From a virus (taxonomy: Duplodnaviria > Caudoviricetes), in the IMG/VR virus record IMGVR_UViG_3300006024_000025, positions 1 through 24,548 of that record: a stretch of 24,548 bases of DNA; one strand, 5' to 3'. The number at the start of each line of letters is the position of its first letter. The stretch's first letter is position 1. Below, piece after piece: positions 8,366-15,108 of the stretch. The notes beneath the pieces were generated by a model. The model made no database searches. It saw nothing but the letters and a program-made list of their open reading frames with translations, and was not told the DNA's origin. Both the position numbers and the translations under genes were made by a program.

Positions 8366-8836
8366 GTGGCACAGAAAGATGATGTACAAAAGGATGTTGA
8401 AGAATATCCAAATCCCTGGCAATATATGGGTACCATTTTTAGTGGGACTGATCTTGGGGACTACTATGGTTTTGTTTATAAAATTACATGCCAGACAACC
8501 AACCGTTGCTACATCGGAAGAAAGTATTTCTGGCAGAAACGAAAGCCTAGAAGTAATAATTCAACTACAAAGCGGAGAAGAGTTACAACTGAGAGCAACT
8601 GGAAGAACTACTATGGAAGTTCTGAAGAACTTAAAGCAGATAGAAAAATATTTGGAAACGAAGCGTTCAAACGAGAAATCTTATCCCTCCATGCCACCCC
8701 AGGAAGAGTCAACTATGAAGAGACTAGACAACTCTTCCTCCATAACGTTTTAACTGAGGCACTTGACAATGGAGAACCTGCATATTATAATTCAAACATA
8801 TTAGGAAGGTATTATCGTAAAGATTACTTTAAATAA
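8366..8836 (+). CDS. GIY-YIG family endonuclease (conserved T4-like cyanophage type)
   Basis: GFVYKITCQTTNRCYIGRK (GIY-YIG motif), WKNYYGSS, FKREIL, NYEE, YYNSNILGRY. Confidence 0.85.
   Translation: MAQKDDVQKDVEEYPNPWQYMGTIFSGTDLGDYYGFVYKITCQTTNRCYIGRKYFWQKRKPRSNNSTTKRRRVTTESNWKNYYGSSEELKADRKIFGNEAFKREILSLHATPGRVNYEETRQLFLHNVLTEALDNGEPAYYNSNILGRYYRKDYFK
8763..8791 (+). promoter_or_regulatory. Perfect sigma70 consensus promoter inside the GIY-YIG CDS
   Basis: TTGACA (8763-8768), 17 nt, TATAAT (8786-8791). Confidence 0.75.
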
Positions 8837-8839
8837 ATA
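8832..8839 (+). promoter_or_regulatory. T4-type late promoter (AATAAATA)
   Basis: NATAAATA at the gene junction, 23 nt before ATG 8862. Confidence 0.45.
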
Positions 8840-8861
8840 TGGTACACGATCAGAGAAGCAT

Positions 8862-9119
8862 ATGACTAAACCTTATATTGGTATCCCTGCACCTAAGTAT
8901 TTGAAATATGATCCATGGTTTGGTCCTCCTGTTCTTTCAGAAGAACAACAGAAATTATTGCTTAGTGAATTGTATGGAGAAAATATTTTAATTGCGGAAG
9001 ATACGTTAGAAAAAGAGATATCAAAGGGAGAACTTGACAATATTCATAAAGTAATGTATAATCTTGCTACTCAGTGGAAAACAAAATTGGGTGGAGGATC
9101 AGAAACTTATTGGATCTGA
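8862..9119 (+). CDS. Hypothetical protein (DPWFGP motif)
   Basis: 85-aa ORF with AGAGAAG upstream; fills the space between recognisable genes. Confidence 0.65.
   Translation: MTKPYIGIPAPKYLKYDPWFGPPVLSEEQQKLLLSELYGENILIAEDTLEKEISKGELDNIHKVMYNLATQWKTKLGGGSETYWI
9034..9062 (+). promoter_or_regulatory. Perfect sigma70 consensus promoter upstream of the talC-glutaredoxin cluster
   Basis: TTGACA (9034-9039), 17 nt, TATAAT (9057-9062), inside ORF 8862-9119. Confidence 0.75.
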
Positions 9120-9201
9120 CTCTGAATATAAAGAAAGTGTTAAATATTAGGGTATTCTGACAAAAGATACACTAAAATACATAAACTGACCTTTGAGGAG
9201 A

Positions 9202-9420
9202 ATGATTAACCTAGAAGAAAAATTTGAATCTTACATCAACAGTAGTAAGGGTTTTCGTATAGATGGTGTTATCGAACCAGTAACAGGATATGGTTACCAT
9301 TGTGATGGTTCGGACATTATTGGGTACTGGGTTAACACTAGAAATTATAAACTGTACTATAATATGAACGAACAGTTCATAAAAATGGAACCTTTAAATG
9401 AACACAGCAACTTAACATGA
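9202..9420 (+). CDS. Hypothetical protein
   Basis: ATG at 9202 with GAGGAG just upstream; stop overlaps the talC ATG (ATGA). Confidence 0.7.
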   Translation: MINLEEKFESYINSSKGFRIDGVIEPVTGYGYHCDGSDIIGYWVNTRNYKLYYNMNEQFIKMEPLNEHSNLT

Positions 9421-10067
9421 AAATTTTTCTAGATACAGCAGATATTAACGAGATTCGTGAGCGTTGGGACACTGGTCTTATCAGTGGTGTAACTACTAAC
9501 CCAACTCTTGTACGTAAAGCAGGTGGTAAGTACACAGATCTTGCCACTGCAATCCTAGAGGAGTTTCCAGAGATTGAATCTCTTTCTTTGGAAGTCTCTG
9601 GTGAAAGTTACATGGATTTCATGCGTAACATGGGTGATTTTTATCTTGGTCATCCTTCAGTTACATTGAAAATTCCTTGTACAAGAGAAGGTCTTAGATT
9701 TGTTACACATTGTGCAGAGAATGGAGTACCAACTAATGTAACATTATGCTTCAGTGCTGCTCAGGCAGTAATGGCAGGTCTTTCTGGTGCTACTATGATC
9801 TCACCATTCGTAGGTCGTATGAATGATAACTCTTTTAGTGGTGTTGAACTTGTTCGTTCTATCTCACAACTATATAAACAGCATGGAGTAGAGACTAAGG
9901 TCTTAGCAGCATCATTAAGAGATGCTCATCATGTTTCTAGGTGCCTTCTTGCGGGTGCTGATATAGTAACACTACCTCCTAGCACCTTTGATAAGATGTA
10001 TGATAGTGTACTAACTCGTGAAGGGTTAGAAATATTCAAAAACGATTTCAAGGAGATGGATAGTTAA
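9417..10067 (+). CDS. talC: Transaldolase, TalC/MipB family (auxiliary metabolic gene)
   Basis: MKIFLDTAD, GVTTNPTL, SLEV (Glu), Schiff-base Lys in VTLKIP, NVTLCFS, ISPFVGR (Phe, transaldolase type), LAASLR. Confidence 0.95.
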   Translation: MKIFLDTADINEIRERWDTGLISGVTTNPTLVRKAGGKYTDLATAILEEFPEIESLSLEVSGESYMDFMRNMGDFYLGHPSVTLKIPCTREGLRFVTHCAENGVPTNVTLCFSAAQAVMAGLSGATMISPFVGRMNDNSFSGVELVRSISQLYKQHGVETKVLAASLRDAHHVSRCLLAGADIVTLPPSTFDKMYDSVLTREGLEIFKNDFKEMDS

Positions 10068-10306
10068 TGACATTCACCGTATACTCTAAACAGGGATGCC
10101 CCTATTGCGAAAAATTTATCGCAATCATTGAATACGAAGAACTAAAACATGTCGTTTATGAACTAGACAGAGACTTTACTAGAAAGCAGTTTATTTCTGA
10201 ATTTGGTGAAGACTCTACCTTTCCACAAATTGTGGTTGATGGTAAGAAATTAGGTGGTTGCCGAGAGGCAGTTGAATATTTACAAGAAAATAAAATTGTT
10301 GCATGA
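10067..10306 (+). CDS. nrdC: Glutaredoxin
   Basis: YSKQGCPYC active site, TFPQI cis-Pro motif, LGGC. Confidence 0.92.
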   Translation: MTFTVYSKQGCPYCEKFIAIIEYEELKHVVYELDRDFTRKQFISEFGEDSTFPQIVVDGKKLGGCREAVEYLQENKIVA

Positions 10307-10307
10307 T

Positions 10308-10460
10308 ATGATTGAACTAACTGAAAGGGAATTTAAAGAAGACAAAACCAAATATACTACTCGTATAGAAAGTGGTGAAGACTTCTTAATTAAACGAGAA
10401 GACGGTAGTAAATACATTGCTACTGACATCGAGAAATTCCAGAACCCTTGTGACATATAA
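10308..10460 (+). CDS. Small Phd/YefM-antitoxin-like protein
   Basis: 50 aa MIELTEREFKEDKTKYTTRIESGEDFLIKREDG..., matching the Phd N-terminal pattern (strand, helix with EF[K/R], GE-x-hydrophobic-I-x-R-x-G). Confidence 0.55.
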   Translation: MIELTEREFKEDKTKYTTRIESGEDFLIKREDGSKYIATDIEKFQNPCDI

Positions 10461-10506
10461 TAAAGTGGCACACCCCCTTCCCAAGAGGAAGATGGGGTGC
10501 TACAAT
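10449..10506 (+). promoter_or_regulatory. Dyad operator-like motif plus sigma70-like promoter
   Basis: TGTGACA-N10-TGGCACA inverted repeat (10449-10472), then TTCCCA (10478-10483), 17 nt, TACAAT (10501-10506). Confidence 0.6.
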
Positions 10507-10529
10507 TACAAGGTAATCAAAAAAACCCC

Positions 10530-10808
10530 ATGACCACAACTCTAATCCTTGAGAGATTCCCCTATCGTTACGTGCAGTGTGGAACCCTTGACATCAATGG
10601 TGAACCAGACTATCGTATCTTAAAGTACAATGAGGTAACTAGTAAGTACCAAACAATGTACTATCTTGACAGTCAAATCCAATTAGATTGCTGCCTTGAA
10701 GATCCTGAGTATACTAAGTGGTTAGATCCAGACCCTGAAGTGGGTGCTTATCCTAACAAATCCGATTCCGTAAAAAACGAAAACTATGTCGATACAATCT
10801 CATCTTGA
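10530..10808 (+). CDS. Conserved cyanophage hypothetical protein
   Basis: LERFPYRYVQCGTL...NGEPDYRI...MYYLD...EDPEYTKWLDPD; ATG 10530 lies downstream of the promoter. Confidence 0.75.
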   Translation: MTTTLILERFPYRYVQCGTLDINGEPDYRILKYNEVTSKYQTMYYLDSQIQLDCCLEDPEYTKWLDPDPEVGAYPNKSDSVKNENYVDTISS

Positions 10809-11088
10809 AAGTGCTGAAGAATCTATTCGTCAGGCACTAGTAGAAGCGTTAGCAGAGAAGAAAGATGGAACTCTTTCAGGACTGTTTGATCTTCTTAATA
10901 CTGTTAAGGAACTTAAATCAAGTAATATTGATTATGATTTCACTAAAGATCTCATATTAAATTCTGATTACTTAAATGACACTGCTAGTATCGGTGACAT
11001 TAAAATCGATACTGGTGGTGCAGATATTATTAGTTTCCCCACACCAGAAGGTTCTGTAGATCTTGGTAACGTTGATATTAATCTTTAG
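10786..11088 (+). CDS. Hypothetical acidic protein
   Basis: 100-aa ORF with helical N-terminus (HLESAEESIRQALVEAL); abuts the next gene. Confidence 0.7.
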   Translation: MSIQSHLESAEESIRQALVEALAEKKDGTLSGLFDLLNTVKELKSSNIDYDFTKDLILNSDYLNDTASIGDIKIDTGGADIISFPTPEGSVDLGNVDINL

Positions 11089-11709
11089 ATGAAATATTAT
11101 GATGTAATGTTCTCTGTCCCACCGTTAATGTCTTCATTATATCCTCATGAGGATTTCGATGACATCGTTAACTATATAAAGGGATTACAATATAGAACTA
11201 CCAATAAGTCTAATGACAATTCAAAGTCAGTAGACACATTTGTTCTTAGTAAAGATATTTTTAGTAATCTCAATGAGTTTATCAAAGACTGTGTTAAAGA
11301 TTACACTGATAAAATCTTCGTCACAGATCAGAAACTTAATGTCACACAGTCTTGGGTAAACAAAACTAAGAGTGGAGAAGAACATCATTATCATTACCAT
11401 CCAAATAGTATTCTCAGTGGAGTATTCTTTTTAAAGTCAGGATCACCAATTAAATTTTTAAATAATAGGAATGATTCCTTTCATTTAGAACATAAAAAGA
11501 ATGTTAATCCATATAATCCATACAATCAAACATCATATGAGTATCCTTCTCAACCTAGGGTATTAGTATTATTTCCTAGTTACATTCCACATTGTGTACC
11601 AGTAAATACTGGTGATGATAGATACAGTCTTTCTTTTAACACCTTTCCATCAGGTTCATTTGGAAGTAAAACGGGTTTAACATATGTCAATTTAGAAAAG
11701 GAGGTTTAA
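11089..11709 (+). CDS. Putative 2OG-Fe(II) oxygenase (TIGR02466-like)
   Basis: QSWVN, HHYHYHPNSILSGVFFL, LFPSYIPHCVPVN, DRYSLSFN. Confidence 0.88.
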   Translation: MKYYDVMFSVPPLMSSLYPHEDFDDIVNYIKGLQYRTTNKSNDNSKSVDTFVLSKDIFSNLNEFIKDCVKDYTDKIFVTDQKLNVTQSWVNKTKSGEEHHYHYHPNSILSGVFFLKSGSPIKFLNNRNDSFHLEHKKNVNPYNPYNQTSYEYPSQPRVLVLFPSYIPHCVPVNTGDDRYSLSFNTFPSGSFGSKTGLTYVNLEKEV

Positions 11710-11723
11710 CACCTCCTTTTTTT
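11696..11723 (+). terminator. Rho-independent terminator (possibly bidirectional)
   Basis: AAAAGGAGGT-TTAAC-ACCTCCTTTT hairpin ending in a T7 run, with an A run on the left. Confidence 0.88.
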
Positions 11724-11728
11724 ATGGT

Positions 11729-11736
11729 TATAAATA
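11729..11736 (+). promoter_or_regulatory. T4 late promoter TATAAATA
   Basis: Exact gp55 consensus directly after the terminator and 38 nt before the first structural gene. Confidence 0.85.
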
Positions 11737-11773
11737 TTTCTAGCTTAGAAAAAGTGTCTTCAGGACTAGAAGT

Positions 11774-14104
11774 ATGTCAAAAATTCTCGCAAATCAAATT
11801 GCTAATTACGGGGACAATTCTCCTGTCGAGGTAAAGGAAGGAGTAAATATCCCTGCTGGTAAACCAATACAAGCATCAGGTGCTGCGGGATCTTCGGGAC
11901 AATTGCTATCCTCTACTGGTTCATCTATAGCATGGATAGATGCTTTTGATAGAAATTATAATAGTCTTACTAATTTACCAAATATACCTGCAGCACAGGT
12001 AAATGCAGATTGGAATGCTGTTGGTGGCATTGCTTCAATTTTAAATAAACCAGTTATACCTCCACAAAATTCTGTAACTGTAGTCAATGCTAGTGGTAGT
12101 GGTAATTTATCATTCAATGGTGCAAATGGTGAGTTTACATTTACACCAACAGACCTCTCCTCATATACAACATCAACTCAACTTTCTAATGCAGTAGCAA
12201 ATTCTTCTCAGTGGGATGCAGCATACGGTTGGGGTAACCATGCTAGTGCTGGTTATGCAACAACTAGTGATGTTGCTACTGCTGTAGGAAATTCTAGCAA
12301 CTGGGATACTGCATATGGATGGGGTGATCATAGTGTTGTAGGATATCTAACATCAACTACCGATACACTACAGGAAGTTACTGCAAGAGGTGGTAGTACA
12401 ACGGAACAGATTATTGCTAACGGTGGTATTAGAGCACTCAATCTTACTAGTGGAACTGTAAATGACCTTGAATTTAAACACGATAATAATACTAGTAAAT
12501 CCTTTATTTCTCACACAAATACTACAGATAATCTCTATGTTGAGTCAGTTACTTCCCTATACTTAAATGCTGGTAGAGATGGTGCTGCAGGTGCTTTGTA
12601 TTTACAGTATAATGATTCTACTAAACTAAGTGTAACTTCTGCTGGTGTTCAAGTTGGTGATCTTTATGTTTCTGGAACTACTGATCTAACAACAGGTGAT
12701 CTTGCTGACGTTGATCTTACTGTTGGACCTACTGATGGTCAAGTTTTAAAATGGGATGACGCTAGTAGTAAGTGGAAGGCAGCAAACGATCTTCAAGGAT
12801 CTGGTGCTGGATTATCATTAGCAGATTTCTCTGTTACTACACTTACAGCAGGAACTAATGCACTTACATATAACCCTGTTAATGGTGTATTCTCATATAC
12901 TCCACCTGATCTCAGTAATTATGATACAGCATTTGGTTGGGGAGATCATGCTCAAGGAGGATACTTAACCAGTGAAACTGATCCTGTATTCTCTGCTCAT
13001 GTAGCATCAAATATTTTACAGACAAATATTACTAACTGGAATTCAGCATATGGTTGGGGTAATCATGCTTCTATAGGTTACTTGGTTGCTTCAGCTACTG
13101 ATAAAACAAATTGGAATACTGCGTATGGATGGGGAGATCATAGTAATTCAGGGTATTTACAGGCAGAGACAGATACTTTTGCTAGTGTAACTGGTAGAGG
13201 TTCTTCAACATCTACAGCATTGACTATAACAAATGCTGGTACAGGACTGACATTGACAGGTGGAAACACAACAGGTAGGTTAGATATTCAAAGTGCTGGT
13301 GCTTATGCTATTTCATTAGATGCTCTTATTGGTATCAATACTTATGATGGTGTTGGATTAAAGATTGGAAACTATGGAACTAATGCTTGGAGAGCACAGA
13401 TTGATGGTAGTAGTGGTGATATTAATGCTGGATCATACGTAACAAATGGCAGTTTAACTGCTGGATCTATGACTGTTGGTGGTTTGACATACCCAACTAC
13501 CAACGGGACTCAAGGTTATGTCCTTACCAGTGATGGTGCAGGAAATGTTGGATGGGCAGCATCAACAGGTGGTGGAGGAGGTGGAGGTGCCAATGTAACA
13601 ATTGGAGATACTGCACCTGGATCACCTTCCTTTGGTGATCTTTGGTGGGAATCTGATAAGGGTCGTCTAAAGATTTACTATAATGATACTGATAGTTTCC
13701 AGTGGGTTGATGCATCACCACCACTATCACCAACAAATCTATCCAATGGAGATAACTTAATCTCAACAACAGGATTAGATGGTTCTGGTTTTGGTGTGCA
13801 GAATGCTATTGAATTCTCTACTGATAACAATGGAACTGCTGGAATGCGTTGGAGAATTACTACAGCAGGTCATCTATTACCTGCTGACCATGAAACATAT
13901 GACATTGGTAGTGCTGATCATAAGGTAAGACACTTATTCTTAAGTGATAACTCTTTATTTACTGCCAGTGGAAAATCCCTTTCCTTCTCTGATGGAGTTC
14001 TTAAGTGGGGAGATGAACCAGTTGTTACTGTGGAAGTTCTGAAGCAAATCATATCTTCATGTACTAGCTTTGGTCAGTTCAAAGAACACATCATGGGTCT
14101 ATAA
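11774..14104 (+). CDS. Tail-fibre-like structural protein with WxxAYGWGxH repeats
   Basis: 776 aa, Gly/Ser/Thr-rich; fibre motifs DGQVLKWD, GYVLTSDGAG, GDLWWESDKGRLKIYY and GHLLP...YDIGS..KVRHLFLS; late promoter upstream. Confidence 0.75.
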   Translation: MSKILANQIANYGDNSPVEVKEGVNIPAGKPIQASGAAGSSGQLLSSTGSSIAWIDAFDRNYNSLTNLPNIPAAQVNADWNAVGGIASILNKPVIPPQNSVTVVNASGSGNLSFNGANGEFTFTPTDLSSYTTSTQLSNAVANSSQWDAAYGWGNHASAGYATTSDVATAVGNSSNWDTAYGWGDHSVVGYLTSTTDTLQEVTARGGSTTEQIIANGGIRALNLTSGTVNDLEFKHDNNTSKSFISHTNTTDNLYVESVTSLYLNAGRDGAAGALYLQYNDSTKLSVTSAGVQVGDLYVSGTTDLTTGDLADVDLTVGPTDGQVLKWDDASSKWKAANDLQGSGAGLSLADFSVTTLTAGTNALTYNPVNGVFSYTPPDLSNYDTAFGWGDHAQGGYLTSETDPVFSAHVASNILQTNITNWNSAYGWGNHASIGYLVASATDKTNWNTAYGWGDHSNSGYLQAETDTFASVTGRGSSTSTALTITNAGTGLTLTGGNTTGRLDIQSAGAYAISLDALIGINTYDGVGLKIGNYGTNAWRAQIDGSSGDINAGSYVTNGSLTAGSMTVGGLTYPTTNGTQGYVLTSDGAGNVGWAASTGGGGGGGANVTIGDTAPGSPSFGDLWWESDKGRLKIYYNDTDSFQWVDASPPLSPTNLSNGDNLISTTGLDGSGFGVQNAIEFSTDNNGTAGMRWRITTAGHLLPADHETYDIGSADHKVRHLFLSDNSLFTASGKSLSFSDGVLKWGDEPVVTVEVLKQIISSCTSFGQFKEHIMGL
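12212..13156 (+). repeat. Five copies of the peptide repeat [W/Y][D/N]xA[Y/F]GWG[N/D]H[A/S]xxGY
   Basis: Copies start near 12212, 12302, 12920, 13037 and 13112; the DNA has diverged at synonymous sites. Confidence 0.9.
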
Positions 14105-14112
14105 AATAAATA
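14105..14112 (+). promoter_or_regulatory. T4-type late promoter (AATAAATA)
   Basis: Intergenic NATAAATA, followed by an AAGGAG Shine-Dalgarno and ATG 14136. Confidence 0.65.
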
Positions 14113-14135
14113 ACACGGAAGGAGTATCTTAACCA

Positions 14136-15107
14136 ATGGCAATCAATTTTCCCTCTACAGCAGGGCAAGCAACTGACGGAACGTTCACATATGTAGCAGC
14201 GGGTATTACCTACTCGTGGAATGGGGAAAGCTGGAATGCTGCTGGTAGTGGTGCTACTGCAACAGACAGAACAGTTTTCAGTGCTACCACTGCAGCCGCT
14301 GGATCGACGGCACTTACTTATAATAGTAACAATGGTGTTTTCACATACACACCACCAGATCTTAGTAATTATTTGACATCAACTGGTGTACTTAATACAC
14401 ATACTGATGTTAACCATGGCACTCCTAATGATGGGGATCTGTTGTATTGGAATGGACCTAATGTTAAGTGGGAAAATCTAACACCTGGATCTGGTAGTGG
14501 TTTAGATGCTGATCTCTTGGATGGCAATGATGGATCTTATTATCAGAATGCTAGTAATATTAATACAGGAACCCTAGGTTCTAGTAGATTATCTGGATCA
14601 TATAATATCAGTATCAGTGGTTCTGCTGCTAGTATTCCTACTGTTGATGACATTGGTAATGCAAGCATTACTTCAGTTGCTGACGGACAAACTCTTAGGT
14701 ATGATGGTTCTAATTGGATTAACAGTGATGTAAGTAGAAGAAGAACTATTGCTATTACACAACCAAGTGCTACTGATGGTACTGCGTATAATTTATCACT
14801 CAGTGGTGCTCCAAATACATATGCTCTTTTAAAAATTGAAACATCACATGCTGCATGGGTAACACTCTACACAGATACCAGTAGTAGAACAAATGATTCT
14901 AATAGAAACGAACAAACCGACCCAACACCTGGTGATGGTGTTATTGCAGAAGTAATTACTGGTGGTTCAGTAGCACAGAAACTTACTCCAGCACCATTTG
15001 GATATAGTGACACACAAAACAATACTATCTACATGAAAGCAGTAAATAAAAGTGGTAGCACAGTTAACCTACAGGTAACTGTAACTGTAGTTGCACTAGA
15101 GGAGTGA
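14136..15107 (+). CDS. Virion structural/short fibre protein
   Basis: MAINFP...ITYSWNGESW N-terminus typical of cyanophage fibres; GSGLDADLLDG fibre motif; DGQTLRYDGSNW; C-terminal domain YALLKIETSHAAWVTLY...GVIAEVIT. Confidence 0.72.
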   Translation: MAINFPSTAGQATDGTFTYVAAGITYSWNGESWNAAGSGATATDRTVFSATTAAAGSTALTYNSNNGVFTYTPPDLSNYLTSTGVLNTHTDVNHGTPNDGDLLYWNGPNVKWENLTPGSGSGLDADLLDGNDGSYYQNASNINTGTLGSSRLSGSYNISISGSAASIPTVDDIGNASITSVADGQTLRYDGSNWINSDVSRRRTIAITQPSATDGTAYNLSLSGAPNTYALLKIETSHAAWVTLYTDTSSRTNDSNRNEQTDPTPGDGVIAEVITGGSVAQKLTPAPFGYSDTQNNTIYMKAVNKSGSTVNLQVTVTVVALEE

Positions 15108-15108
15108 T

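Noticed and set aside
8355-8753. 132-aa alternative-frame ORF with a hydrophobic stretch overlapping the GIY-YIG gene
   Set aside because: It almost wholly overlaps a gene with clear conserved motifs and has no family signature; treated as a shadow ORF, though not disproved
9120-9201. Longest intergenic gap, examined for tRNA, Pho box or NtcA site
   Set aside because: No cloverleaf, no GTA-N8-TAC and no convincing direct repeats
10588-10616. TTGACA-N17-TATCGT inside ORF 10530-10808
   Set aside because: The -10 box is only a partial match; plausible but too weak to call
12212-13156. Repeats as a possible diversity-generating retroelement TR/VR pair or CRISPR-like array
   Set aside because: Differences fall mainly at synonymous positions rather than being adenine-specific, spacing is irregular, and no reverse transcriptase or cas gene is in the window
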